Assembly: GCA_002633005.1 (NCBI GenBank)
Contig: NMRA01000555.1
Span: forward strand, 161,514-225,513
Direction: 5' to 3'
Origin: Phoronis australis
Taxonomy: Eukaryota; Animalia; Phoronida
DNA: 64,000 bases
Each line of letters starts with the position of its first letter. The stretch's first letter is position 1. Shown here one piece after another: positions 1 to 13,270 of the stretch. The translations under genes and the position numbers were made by a program. The notes beneath the pieces were generated by a model. The model made no database searches and was not told where the DNA came from. It saw only the letters and a program-made list of their open reading frames with translations.

Positions 1-172
1 TAATGTGGTCCGGGACGTTCTCATATTACCTCCTGCCAAACTTTAAAATCAGACCGCTGCTTAAATGGGTGATTACACTTCATTACATACACAGATGTTT
101 AGTCAGAGATTGAGTTGACGATTTGTTTTTCTGGTTGTATTTTTGCGTGTTATTGAAGTTGCTTAAACAGAC

Positions 173-235
173 CACTACTCCGAAGGTTTACTACTTCGAA
201 GATTCACTACTCTGGAGGCTAACTGCTCCGAAATT
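173..235. repeat. Degenerate 16-bp tandem repeat (CACTACTCCGAAGGTT-like, 4 units)
   Basis: Units cactactccgaaggtt / tactacttcgaagatt / cactactctggaggct / aactgctccgaaatt are directly adjacent, with no spacers. Confidence 0.7.
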
Positions 236-2362
236 ATCTATAATTGCGTTCTCAGTAATTTTATACCTTTGCATGCAAAAATAAAAAATACTTCGGTTAT
301 TTGATACAGTGAGTGGTGTACTTATACCGAAAACAACGTCCGGGTTCTAAAATACTTTGTGTTGAATTGATGCGCATTCGAAATTGCCCGCAGGTCTTAA
401 TACGGAAAATGAGTACGTACTTGCATTTTTAAAAGAATATGATATAGGAATATTGATGAATTAACAATTACGATACATTCATCAAATCCATGTCAAGATC
501 TCATCATTTCATAGTGTGTCACTGGAAAGTTTAAGGCCGCATCGCCTCAACCTCACACACCGGAACCTCAGATCTGATTGCCAAGCGGAACAGTTGAAAA
601 TCTCTCACGTCGTTGGTGGCACAACCCCTGACACTCACCTAGCCAGACACAGATGTACTGCACATAGATATTGCACTCGTAGGAGCACAAGTTCTCTTGT
701 AACACCTCGAGTATTATCTTTTGAGCAGTTATCTATCAAAGACAAGGCCTTTATTCACTGATAATGCCGGGAAAATTTTTAAAAGCTGATTTAGTTTTCT
801 TGTCAAAAGACACTTGTTTAATACAATTCATTGTTTGGCAATTCTTACGGGGACCATGTTTTTCGTGTACTTCCGGTTGTACAGTAAGTACTCTCTACCA
901 TCGTCCTATATAGTCGTGTTTATTATGTGTGTTTTATGATGAATTACTTTATTTCTATCCGTTTATACTGTTTATGTAAGAACATGTTTTTCACGTTATT
1001 TTCAGTGTTTCATATGTCTTGTCCTATTAACGTCTTCATATTTTGTATGCTATTTGTATTCGTATGATGTCACCACTCAGTATGTGTATCACATTCTGGT
1101 GTTATTTCTCTTTTGTCCTGTAATGATTATGTACTAGCAATTATATGCATTGTGTGTACAGCATAATATTGAATTAACTAATCAGGCGATAAATCGAATG
1201 TATTGTGCAGTTATTTGCAAATTATGTCTCATCTTCTTAACCAGAAAATGAGGCGAGATAACGAACCATCGCGTTGTCATGGTTTCTGTCAAACCGCTAG
1301 TTTATCAACTTGCTGAAGGGTGTTTATAACACCACGATGTCAAGCGCTTTCCGCGTCTGTAGATTGAACAACAGGTCTGTTTATAAAATCAATAGTATTA
1401 TTTAGCCAAGAGAACTGGATTAGAATAATGCTGTTAGTGGAATTGTATTCGTGTGCACAAAGCCTTAGGTTTCTATAATATCCAATTTGCGATAGCGAAA
1501 AAATTGGGATAAATCAAATATGTGACTTTTATTTTACTCTGGGTACGAAATTCAAAGCTCAATCTTCAGATTTTCTGTTATACAATAGCCCTATTTTAGA
1601 TTACGAATTTTTGTGATACAGAGCATTCTTATTTTACAACGTAACTCGCTGCTGAATATTTTTGCACCTTTCTGGCCTTTTGCCATTGACAGAGAACCGC
1701 CAACACTGCAAACTACTTAACACTGCTAGTTTATCGTTGGTCAAACGTTGTAAATGTCCTAAGTAAATTAATTCATTATAGCACATATATTACACAATAA
1801 CAGTGTGTATCTTTACGTGGCACGTAAATAAATAACTTGCGTGGTCAAGAAATGATTTTCGCCGTTGATAATCAATTCACGAGGATAATTTACCAAGAAC
1901 TTTAAATTTTGATTTTTGTGAAAGAGTTTGATTGGGAAAACCAGCTGGTATTGCGACCATGGGTGTAGTCCAAATGTGCGGATCCCTGACTTTTTTTCTA
2001 TGCACCGTGTACCCTTAGAAAAAAAAAAAGAATTTTGAACCATGGATCAACTTAGGATTTCAACAAATCTGTAAATAATAAATTTACGTCGTAAAAATAT
2101 CTATGTCGTTTATTTAGACTCATAATTTACGAGGTTAACTTTCTCCCATTGGACTAAATCCATAACATGCATTTCCTCAATGGCTATAAGTCGAATAATT
2201 GTTATTTTAATTTGTTTTATTCGAAGTGTTACATGTCCATTTTATCGTTTATTTGGCGTTATATTTTAATTCGATTTCCGAAACCGACACCACACTAAGA
2301 TTGTCTACGCTGCGTACGTGTATGCGCGGACTATGTGATCACGTGCAAAGCATTTCACTTAC

Positions 2363-2476
2363 ATGTCACTTCCGTACTGCGCAAGAATATCACCAGTGTA
2401 AACTTCAATCTCCAATATGGTGTCTTCTGGTATGGGCTCATACTTCGGATTGATGACGTTTTTGGAGTCGAAAGAG
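2363..2476 (-). CDS. PAL: PAL (peptidyl-alpha-hydroxyglycine alpha-amidating lyase) coding exon 3; the gene continues beyond the window start
   Basis: Acceptor ttttcag and donor gtaagt, 114 nt, phase 2/2, matching exon 2. Translates (D)SFDSKNVINPKYEPIPEDTILEIEVYTGDILAQYGSD(M/I), which resembles the PAM PAL-domain segment SFDSKFVYQQRGLGPIEEDTILVIDPNNAEILQSSGKNL (recalled from rat PAM). The next expected exon (FYxPHG) was not found in 1-2360. Confidence 0.9.
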
Positions 2477-4208
2477 CTGAAAAGTACAAGTGGCGACGCT
2501 TCACTTCTGTGAAATTAAGAATTAAAAGATTATACAATGACATATTTTATGAAATAGCGTAGGTAACCAAGGAAACAACTTAATGAAAGCGCAATTTTCT
2601 CTATGGTACGTGGGAAAACACCGTGCATTCTCCACGATATAATTGTCAGTGGGTACGGCCCGGTTGGCGGATTGGTCGTGAGTACTTTCACCTGGCAATT
2701 TAATTTAATTAAGGAAGAATAAAGAAACTATTTATGATTCAATATTTAAAGAGTTCTTGCATGTTCTTTCCGATGAATTTGCATGTATATGGCAAAATTA
2801 GGTTATACGGTACAAATAAGACGCTCATAGCTAAAGTCCAAATGTCAATCAACATTGAAAGTGTCCACCTCTTAAGTGTCTGAAATGACTAGAACTAACG
2901 CAATTTGCCGCTTCATATTACAAATATTTTTACGAAGCTCCCTCAAAAATATTGTTGCAAGAGTGAATGCTTGATTATAAATTATTTTCAGAACCGATCC
3001 CGGATTGTGTGTACCTCCAGTAATGTACTTTTTGGTGTGTTACTCCTGTGATACGTACATGGGGTCGACATCGCTAAAAATGTTAAAGGAAACTACTCCA
3101 GAACTGGGGTTTGCTATTTTCATTTAAAACTGCTTGAAATACAATAAAATCATCCCTTTTCAGTATTGATAAACAATTCAACCCTAATTAGACCAATTTT
3201 CTTTATTTCTGTTGTTTTAAGCAAGGATTTTATTCACATATGAAGTGAAAATAAATCTTTTCAGTGTTGTCAGAATATCAGAGACATTATTTTTTGAATG
3301 ATAAATATACATTTTACACAGACTCGTCAACACTTTGTCATTCAAAGTTTCATCGAAATCAAAGCCTGATAACACGAGAAAGTGCAAATATTACTTGTGT
3401 ACCCCCATATGGGGCCTTCCAGGGGTACAGTACTTGTGGGAAGGCGGTGATCTAAGTCAAACAAAATTGCCAGCTGAATGTGATCGCGAAACCTATTTTA
3501 TAGCTCCTACAGCTCATGTGCTCGTTCCAACAAAACTGACTTTGCTAACACAAATCTTAAATTTGAGTAAATTTTTAAGATATAACTTTAAGTTGTCTGA
3601 AGGCCGTTTCAAAACAGATATCTTAAGTATGGCTTAGTTTTTGATATAAGTTTTTTCTTAGTTTAGTTTTGATTATCTTACCGGATGTAGAAGTTTCGAA
3701 GTTTGGGAGTTAAGAAAACTCTTAGACTTAAGTCAAATGTGAGCTTACGTCAGTTTCTTGGGACGGGCCCCATGGCCACTGACTACAAGAAATATTCAAT
3801 TGAACAATATGATAGAAATAGTGAGGAAATAATATCAGTTAATCTATAAACTCGCTTTCCGTCATAAAAATACGTTTTAATTAAGACCGTTTACTGCTAT
3901 GACATTGACCTCAAATTATCTCTCGGTCAAGGCTTTTCGGTTTATTCGCCGTGCATGGTCTCGGAGAATAAGGAAAAGTTAATTCTTTGAGTTACCAAAA
4001 ATGTCTTAATTCTCATCTGATTCAAGATCTAGTTGACGCCCATTTTATAGCATCTGACGTAAGTGTTCTGAATCAAAATTGAGTTTCTTCGACGGAAAGC
4101 AAGTTTGTTGCCGCTTTAAAGTAGTTTAGCCTTAGATGGCAAAATGTTGAACACACATATGCAAAATACAAGTTAAAAAACATAGTGGAGTGAATGCTGA
4201 GGAGTATA

Positions 4209-4365
4209 CAAGTGCTGACCCAGGATTTTATGTTAGGGGGTCCAGGGCAGAGTATAAGCCACGATTTTGCCTGTCAGACATTCGCACTCCCGAACTGCCA
4301 AATGCCATCTGGTAGAATTTTAGCGGGTACCATGGACCCCTTGCCCCCCTCTAAATCCGCCACTG
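4209..4365. mobile_element. MITE with CAG..CTG-type termini (family A), 5-bp TSD GTATA
   Basis: Degenerate left end caagtgctgacccagg and right end aatccgccactg. GTATA lies at 4204-4208 and 4366-4370. Similar to the copies at 36266, 38563 and 45494. Confidence 0.75.
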
Positions 4366-5870
4366 GTATATGAGTTGAAGTCCATAGATGTACAAATCTT
4401 TCGAATAAGTTGTGTGATCAGGTGTTTTGTTTGTAATGCATGACCCTACCTAGTCGCGGAATTGCGTAATCTGTCCTATTCGCGATTGTATTGTGTCGAA
4501 GGAACTTCCACTAGGATCCTGATGCTCGGGATACAGGATGTAAATTTATCCGATCATAGGCAAAGACGATGTTCTCTCCCACGGTCGCCATCCTTCCATT
4601 CTTTTTTGGTCTCCGCGAATTCCACCATCACCCTCCTGCCCGCCGCCATCCCTCTCGTGATTGGTTTATTTCTTTACCGCACGTTCCGCTCTCAATGCCG
4701 CTTAATGTCCTTCCCGTGTTTTTCCACTGGACGCTGCGCTACCGAATATGTTCTTAATACGTCCGAATTTTCAGTATTTTCCTGAAGTTGAAGGCACGCT
4801 TGCCTAATAGAGTGGGTGATAGTACGACAAATACGGCATCACATACATGTGTCAGCAACAATTAGGGATGACAAAGTTTAAAAAGGCAACCTGGGGTCTG
4901 TCTCTTGCAAGGTGATTCTTAAAAACGTAAGAAAGTCTGACTTGCACTGACACTTCATAATTACTGATTTTCCTTGTATAACCATTAACACATGACAGTT
5001 TAGAAGTAACTGGTGAAAATTAACGTATGAACTACAGTATCCAATAAGGGAAATATTTACAGACCTTGCTCATTTGCTGAGGTGAAAAAAAACACTTTTT
5101 CAAAAATTGTATGTGTGGAGAGTAAGACGAAGAGTCTGATCTAAAGGATTTTATGAAAAGACCCAAAGTGACTTCAAACATAATCGCTATCATTATCGTT
5201 GCAGCCGTTCCCGCCAGCTAATGTGCGACCCGTGTTGGTACATGCACACTGCATGTGTACATGTACATCTGTTCGCACCAGATTAGTCAAGTCAAATTTA
5301 AACGTAGAACCGTGGTAATGTTATTGTCAAATGAAATGAACGACTTTGAAGGAAATCGTTTGCATCACTCAAAAATATGGATATTAAAATAATCAACACA
5401 ACTGAAAGTCGTGTTTCTCATCCAATTATCACTCAAAATAGTCGTTACAGAAGCGACCCAGTCCTCAAAAGTCGAATTTTCGCTTTCGACCAATTTACCG
5501 TCATTGTAAAACCGGCATCTCCTGCTCACGTGATTTTCCGGGTGTGGTAGAACCGTTCACCATTCTTTGACATTTTCAAGATGGTGGCTTGCCTCGGCGG
5601 GTTAGTTCATCTGCCACGTCTGGTCGGCTAAGCGCAAAACAAACTGTGCGTTTTTCACAAGCCGAGAAATCACTTTAAATTCAGTCGCGGTGAGTGATAC
5701 AACTAAAATGTTATATTTACAAAGGATGAGTTTATGGCAGAATTTAAATTATGCATATATTTCATTTGTTCTTCCATTATACGGGCTAATATCAATAGAT
5801 ATCATTATAAGGACAACGATTGCGAAAGTCGTGCTTGACCACGAATATATGTGAGGACAGCGTTTCTTAC

Positions 5871-6022
5871 TCCTCGTCCCACGTGCGACTTCCTCGGTGG
5901 AACACGTAGAGTTTCCCGCGCTCTCTCCACGTGGTGGACAATCCTCCCACTTGTCCTATGGTCATGTTTTGCTGGTCGTTGACTCTTTCGGTCCACTTCC
6001 TGTCTCTAAAGCTGAACACAGT
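5871..6022 (-). CDS. PAL: PAL coding exon 2
   Basis: Polypyrimidine acceptor ttttcgtttttcaag and donor gtaaga, 152 nt, phase 0/2. Translates TVFSFRDRKWTERVNDQQNMTIGQVGGLSTTWRERGKLYVFHRGSRTWDE, which contains the PAL signature GQVxG...FHRG..xWD. The 5' boundary is less certain (alternative acceptor near 6084). Confidence 0.88.
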
Positions 6023-6497
6023 CTTGAAAAACGAAAAGTAAAAAGCATCTTCATCGGAAAATGTATGTAGACACAAGAAATAACCTGCGATAACACTAAA
6101 TCCGGAGATTTGTCAACCAGATAATTGTGTATGCTTCTGACTCGCGAGTGCTCTAGATGTCAACAGGATACATACATGAAGATACCAGAGAAACAAAGCC
6201 ATTTAACTGTGGAAAAAAACTGTGCAAGGCAGGAGGTGTCTATATCATGGCATTGTCAATTATGCCACATTTTAAATATACATATATTTCCTTGTATGTA
6301 CTGTATAATTGCTTATAGAATGTTCATGTGGCGTAGCTTAAAAGTTGCAGCTAAAAATAGAACAAAAGGGATTTCCTCTAGTGTTTCCCTTAAAACAAAC
6401 TAGAAAAATCAACATTTAAATAGTTATCTTCTTAAACCAGTGGGCATGCATCGGAGGCAGGTTCAGCTAGATAAAGTCAATGACTGCTTGCACGTAC

Positions 6498-6614
6498 CTT
6501 TGAGTACAGATCGACGTAATTGTCGTCCATGCGACTCGTGAAACGCTTGCCATCCACTGTCGACAATGCAATCGTGGTTAGGCATAGTATCACTCCGCGC
6601 CACAAGTCAGTCAT
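6498..6614 (-). CDS. PAL: PAL coding exon 1 (signal peptide)
   Basis: ATG at 6614. Translates MTDLWRGVILCLTTIALSTVDG-KRFTSRMDDNYVDLYSK, a hydrophobic signal-peptide-like N-terminus, and ends at an AAG|gtacgt donor in phase 0, compatible with exon 2. Confidence 0.75.
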
Positions 6615-7796
6615 CTCCGAATTTCTGAAAGACGTGGTCTCCGGGCTTGCCGAACAACGACCTATAAGTCTCAATGCCTGATAATCTACAATAAACCAGT
6701 CTGTTCGTGTAGAAACAATGGAGCTATCTGGTCCAACTGTCACAATGAGCGCGATATCGAAGGAGAAAAATCGATAGGCATAAGTGACGTATGCAGTTCC
6801 ATTCTCATTAGGTATTCCTCTGTTGCTAAGTAACAGACAAGAGGAGTTATGAACATGGTCGATAACTTTGGTCTTTGTGAGTTTTGTGGAATTCTTTAAA
6901 CTATAAATCAGTCAGATAGGCTGTTAGCTAATCTTATCTAAACTTTACTTGCCGTGCGTATTTTGCGAGTACATTCCTCATAGGTATATTATTTTCAAAA
7001 ATCAATGGCGCTAGAAACTGAATGTTATAAAACAGAGTTTCAACAATTTATGGATGCAATCCTTCAATGGCTTCACTAAAATCTCATAACCCGGAATTTG
7101 CCACAAACCCTTCCAAATATAGGCAACGAGGCGCATTGACTTGCTGTATAATAGACGACTCCAGATGTCTCATGAATAAGACAATTGTTTTCGTTTCACA
7201 TATACTCAATAGATGACGCTAGGCAAAGACCTGTGCACGTATCTACTGTTTTGTCAACAGATACAATGTAGCAGCTCAATTCAAGACTTGGTAATCTCGA
7301 ACCAGCTCCTGCACTGAAGCTTTTTCCAACCAATATTAATGTTAAGTCGACAAATACTGCCTTCAACGGCATATGAACTGTCTGAACAACAAGGTACTTT
7401 AATTGTTGTAAGTGCAATGACCGTGAATGCGTCGTCCGTATGTAATCCACAGAATGTCATTTTGACGTGTCTTGATGATTGCACACCTATGCGCCACACA
7501 CAGCCCTTAACCTAGAGCAACTTGCACCAGCGCAACTTGACCCACTTTAATTAGGCCTACGTGGAGCGTCCACACACTCATTTATAATTGCCGCATGGCA
7601 ATTAAGGCGGAAGTTGTCGCTATGATGCAAATGCGGCGCGCAAAAGAAGACCCGTTTGTATATAACCGCTGCTGATAATTCCTACCATCTTACCCCAGTT
7701 TTGCGGCCACACATTCATTAGGAGTGGCGCTGGTTACCACAGAAAAAGTCACCCTACCTTAGATGGTGAACAGTAGTACGCTGCACAAGTTAAAAT

Positions 7797-7878
7797 AGCG
7801 TCCACACAACACTCAAACCCAGTGACAACTCGTTCCAGGAATGACTTGTTCCAGGGAAGTCTGTGTGAAGACGGCACT
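7797..7878. repeat. Short interspersed palindromic element (GCGTCCACAC...GACGGCACT termini)
   Basis: A similar copy lies at about 26307-26389 with the same termini and a shared core (acaa(c/t)tcgttccaggaat). Confidence 0.5.
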
Positions 7879-8749
7879 GCAGTTTCAAATGTTAATACCT
7901 AGTATTTCCGATAAAAAGATCTGGGAGTTTTCTCGAACACAACGATGTCCTCAAGCTGCATCCTCATCTCTTTGGAATTACCTAATAACACAATGGTGAG
8001 TAAGTACGTGATGCTTAATTAGTGTGTTGTATTTAAAGCTCATGTATTAGTTCACGTCAACACTAATTGATATTCGTGTACAGTGACACCTGGTGTTAGT
8101 TATGTTAGTTAAGTACCTCATGTCAAACACTGCAGCATCTTTGGTGTATGCGGACTTAATAGTAAGGAAAAACATTTGATGGTTTTCAGCTTTTAATGGT
8201 AATACTGATCTACAAACGTTAGCAATGATGAACACTCTTACCGAGCTCACGAGTCGCTCTCTGCGGAGATGGGCGCTATCAGAAATGCCCGGTGCATTTA
8301 GTCACCACTCCTCCACAAATTGTTTTCCGACCCAATCAATACAAAGCTGTATTACACATTTTGATGTCGTTGCTACACTTCACTGTACAAATATCACAAA
8401 GAGAAAAAGTTTTCTGATAATTATAAGTCTTTTGCTTCTGACACAACTCTTGTAATACTTAGCGGTGATACGCATACGACATTTCGGTCACTGTGTTAGG
8501 GACTGTTCATTCTTTGCTCATTCGATACCCAAACTCCGTCGATAACTGCACCGATTACTATCACTTTAAAACAAAACTTACAAACACGGAACGTGTTAGG
8601 CGTTATTTCACACTGATTTTAGCTTAGACCGTAGATATCTTGAAAGCCCTGCGTCTAAAAGTGGTGAATTACTGTACTTACTCTACCCGTTCTTAAAGTA
8701 TTTTGCTTCATTTGGAGATGAATTTGTAAGTCGAAGTTAGCTCTAATTG

Positions 8750-9815
8750 GTAGTTCCTACTGGCTCGAAGTATTTTTCTAAAAGAAAATAGTTGTTGCAA
8801 GTAAGGAGGACTTTTTGAATCAACCTTTGTGGTTTAATAGTAACTTGGCGATCGGAGGCACATTCAAGTGTTTTTATAAGCCTTGGTTTGTAAATCGCAT
8901 AAGATTTTTTAGAGATATGTACAGGGTATACCTCTGATGGTGATGTCGTTAGTTTGAACTTTATGAAAAATAGATTCGATGTAAAAACCAACTTTGTAGA
9001 ATATAATGGTGTTGTTTCCGTTCTAAGAAGGTTTCAAAAAAGTTTATTTCAAAGTAAATTTAAAAGTGGTAATGTCTAATCTACCTGCATACCTTTAGCA
9101 ATTACTCACGGAAAGATTTGAAGGGTTAAAGACATATTTGTTCAGACTTTAATGACGTTAAGAAACCTTCTAAGTCAGAGTGTAAATGGGATATATATGC
9201 ACTGTCTTATGAAATTACAAAGCAGCCCAACATTAGATGGTTCCAATTTAGAATGCTACACAGGATTATTGCAACAAATGCCTTTTTAGTCAAAATCCGT
9301 GTTCGGGATTCTAATTTATGATCCTTTTGTAATAAAGCTCCAGAGACGCTGACACACCTTTTTTGGGAATTTCGCCTTATACAAAATTTCTGGAAGGAAT
9401 TCGGAAAGCTAATGAAAAAGTGCCGCATTCAGCTTCCCAACAGTCTCTCTTACGATCGAGTTATTCTTGTACTTCACGAGACGCATGATTTTCTTTTTAA
9501 CATTTTGCTTCTAATAGCCAAACAGTACATTTACAAGGAGAGATGTCACAAAAATATACCTAATTTTCACAGGTTTATTACATATACTTATGAGTACTAT
9601 AATGCTGAAAAATTAATTGCATGTAAAAATTTTATATATGACAGCTTCTCTGTGAAATGTTCACGTTAACTCCATGTAGAAGTTATTTACTTTATACGAT
9701 ATACGAGAATGGTCTTTCCTGAGGTGGGCATGCGTGAATGAATGGATGTACTTATTTGTTTGTTTGTTTTTGTACTGTTTTATAAATGATATAAATGATA
9801 ATAAATTCTTAAAAA
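8750..9815 (+). mobile_element. Decayed 3' fragment of an L1/Tx1-like LINE ORF2 (zf-RVT region)
   Basis: Translates QPLWFNSNLAIGG..FYKPWF and LRWFQFRMLHRIIATNAFLVKIR..SFCNKAPETLTHLFWE..NFWKE..NILLLIAKQYIYK, with stops and frameshifts. Ends in AATAAA and an A-rich tail. Confidence 0.8.
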
Positions 9816-9867
9816 TATCCTTGAGACTTTATTTCAGATAGACAAAAATCGTTTATTGTATTTTGCT

Positions 9868-10412
9868 ATTTGGGGATCTGATGATAGATCAAATTTTCCC
9901 GATGTCAGCCTGCAACTAAGTTCACTGAAGCATCGTCATTTCTTAAAAGATTCGCCTTTAATTATCAAAAATTCATCTGCAATCAGTCGATTTTCGTAGA
10001 TACATAAACATGTGAATCAGAAATCAACAATCGATTCGAATGAGCAATGCGTTTACCTTGATTTAATGACTCAATTCCTTACTGATCTCCTGTGAGTTTA
10101 AGCGTCAAATCTTGTACCTAGGTAGGAAAGCAATGCATTTATTGCCATTTGAATTGTAAGTATATTTTTGGGAATTGTCCGAATTTCATCATTGTCTGAG
10201 AGCTATTTTAGAAAGGCAAAAATCGTCTAAGTGTACTGGTTCCTAGATGTACTTTACCATTTAGGGATCGGATTATAGTTTTTCCAATTTCAGGATGCAA
10301 CTAAATTCCCTGAAACATCATCAATTCTTACAAGATTAGCTTCTAATTGCCAAAAAGCATCTATGAATCTATCGATTTTCTTAGATATATAAACAAGTAA
10401 ATAAGAAATCAA
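9868..10412. repeat. Diverged direct repeat pair of about 160 bp (9868-10028 and 10259-10412)
   Basis: Shared blocks ggga-tc-gat-atag, tgcaactaa-ttc-ctgaa-catc-tca-ttctta-aagatt and tcgattttc-tagata-ataaaca-gt-aat-agaaatcaac. Confidence 0.7.
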
Positions 10413-11910
10413 CGAATTTGTTTATCAAAACAGAAGCTTATACATGTAAGCAATTTCCGCTGCTGACATGCTTTCAGATTTTTGACGGGTAAGCGGGGGA
10501 AGATGCGAGATGGGGCATTCGTATAAAGGTGTTTTTTGCTCATTTCAGACGTACCTATAACGGTTCACGAGGTTAACTTGAACTCCAGTGACAAAAAAAC
10601 GCTGAAATCTTTGTTAATGATTCCGAGAGTTCTTTGAGTACCGCCGTTTGACATGTACAGGGCCTTAACAAATAGTAGCCTCGACAACAGTGTTTTCCAC
10701 ATGTGGGGAATTAATTCTTTACAAACAACTTATAGTAACCACATTCAAAAGCGATACTACTCGTGTGATACTACGGGAAACAGTAACATTGTTTTATAAT
10801 TAACCATCGTAAATAGCCTTTTTGTGTAATTCACATACATGTATAGTGGGCTTCACGTTCTTCGAACTCCTACCCTTTCGATGGCGGCGAATGCTATTGC
10901 ATTTTTTCACATTTTTGGTTGTTTGGATCGAATTTCTTGACACTCCTGTGCTATACACGAATGTTTTGTATTTTTTGATGAATTTTGAATCTCAGCTTCC
11001 CTCGTGATTAATGGCAGTGTCGGAATTACATGTATAGAGGGACAAAGGGACATTTTCCCCGAACTGCTCCAAGGAGAGAGGATCCCGTAAGAAATGGGAC
11101 ACTTTAAGCTTGGAAGAGTGACAGTTCATTGCACTGTTGTGTGGTCACAAGACGGGGCAGGAAGTAACTTTCTTCAACATGAAAGCCGGTTGCACGATTT
11201 CACAAAAACGGTAAACTAGAGGTAATCGAATCCTACATTGGGTCCTCTCTGCGTGAGCGGCCTCTTAAGAATTTGTCAATAAAAACACAAAAAGGGTGGC
11301 CACTTGAATGTCAACAATGGCCTCCTTCAAGGGCAGGGCCCCTAAATATGAAAATATCTTTTTTTTTCGAAAATCAGGAAATGCGCAGCAATTTGTGTTA
11401 TCTGTCAGGTGATCAATTTTTCTCAAGTGATGTTACTGCAGACTGCAATGTTATGTTACGTTATGTTATTCCGATTAGGCGTACGAATACACTTGTTTCC
11501 CGCCATGTAAGAAGACTTTCTACAGTGTAGTTCTTGCGCCAGATGTCGCTCTCTCTGACTATTTATTCTGGTACCGCTCTATTTGAACGCCATTCCACAA
11601 ACATTTTATGGTGGATAAACGTCAATGTACATAATTAGTTTCTTCGGAATTTTGGTTGGACTTGGGGCGATATTGGCGTAAGTACTCATGTTTCTTACAA
11701 TACAGTTTATTTGCATTCATTAGTATGTTAGTTTTTTCATGTTCTCTCAGTTGTGCTTAATGTTTTGAACGCTTGTTACTAATGTATACCTTTTGCCAGT
11801 TATCATTTTTCTTGGGCGTTGTCCTCCTTATTGGTACTGTATATACATGGTATAGCACTATGCAACATGTAAGCTTGAACATAGTTTTTTTTTGGTTCTT
11901 TCAGTTTACC

Positions 11911-11938
11911 TACTACTACTACTACTACTACTACTACT
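11911..11938. repeat. (TAC)n microsatellite
   Basis: About 9 perfect TAC units. Confidence 0.95.
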
Positions 11939-13270
11939 GCTATCACGCCTCCTACTACCGCAACATATTATGTCAATAAAGAGTAAAGCCCCCCGAACCT
12001 GTTTGTTTTGCTCCAACAAGTGATATACAATTTTGAGAAAAAAATAAAGCGACAGTTGTCTCCGTTATCTCTTGCCAGACAGGTGCCTCTAGGAGAACTT
12101 AGTTTTGCATTCGAAAAACTGACCTATTGACTTTGTTTCATAAATTTTCTCTATTTTTCGAAATATGTATATGAGTGATTACGTGCACGTTTTCAAGTGC
12201 GTTTAGGCGACCCACGTTGCAAAAGCGGAGACCTTAACGACAATGTCCTGGCCAGGGTCCTCAAAATATACACCATGCACTGATACAGACTTGTTGAATG
12301 TTTTCTCGAATTTCCTATCTTATCCGTATTTCGCAGTCTTTCTTTTCTCAATTGTCCACGGCCCCACGCCTATGTCGGTTGGCACGATTTAACCCTGACG
12401 CCTGAAAACTTTTTGGGGCACGTGCCCCCCTGTTTTCTGCAGCCCTGTTGTTAGCTTTTGATATGGGTGGCAATGGTCATTAATTTGTGTCATGACCATA
12501 GCGAGGAAGACCCCCAATGGGACTTGAGTGAATAAATATATAAAATAAGAGAGAAACAAAATTATAATGGAAAAGACAGCACTAGTGATGACTAGAATGC
12601 AGACCGAAAGGTGGNAAGTTTGACCAATTCATTCATCTTGTATTCTGAAGTGCTTAAAGTAAAGCATCTGTGATTTTTAGCATTAACCACACTTTTAATC
12701 GAGTTTACAATTATTCTCTCATCGGGGCTCATAATGCACCGGAAGAGGTCAATTAGTGGAAAGGTCATCAAAATATCAACATGTAATTTCTCCTACAATT
12801 TTAAAGAATTAATTTTCATATTGGTAAACGGGTTGCTGTCAGTAACTTCCCATAACAATTCCTTTAATACGCACGCGCAGAGTCCATTATTGTCACGCCG
12901 TGACAATAATCTTTCTAGTTACAAATTGTAAGGCACCATCAAAAATGCATTTTTCACAAAAAATGGCAGGTATTTGAATTTATAAACGACTTGCAACATT
13001 TCAAGGCAAGAGTTAAGACTATTCAGTCACTGAGAATTCAGAAATGTAATATATTTTTATGGGTTTAGAAATGATAGCAAAACAGTTTCATGAAATAAAC
13101 TTGAAAGAACTTCATTAAGGTTAAGAATTACCTCACCATGCACTTTCCTCCAGACACTATTACCTGTCATTTCCACACATTCAGTTGTACCAAATTTTAC
13201 AACCCGAACCCCCTATGCCAATCCCCCGCTAAGGACCTGAATAAGTAAATTAACAAAACGACTTACATAC

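Noticed and set aside
173-235. CRISPR-like array
   Set aside because: The units are contiguous with no unique spacers, there are no cas genes, and the context is eukaryotic.
6084-6551. GC-AG intron model for PAL exon 1 (G|gcaagc at 6550 to an acceptor near 6084)
   Set aside because: It is in frame, but the canonical AAG|gtacgt donor plus the polypyrimidine acceptor at 6022 gives a simpler model. Not fully excluded without RNA data.
6498-6614. Neuropeptide precursor suggested by a signal peptide plus GKR
   Set aside because: The Gly is most likely the signal-peptide cleavage residue, and the exon splices in phase to PAL-domain exons.
1000-7400. DIMM/Mist1-type CATATG E-boxes around the PAL gene
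   Set aside because: About five copies in 7 kb is not convincingly above chance for this base composition.
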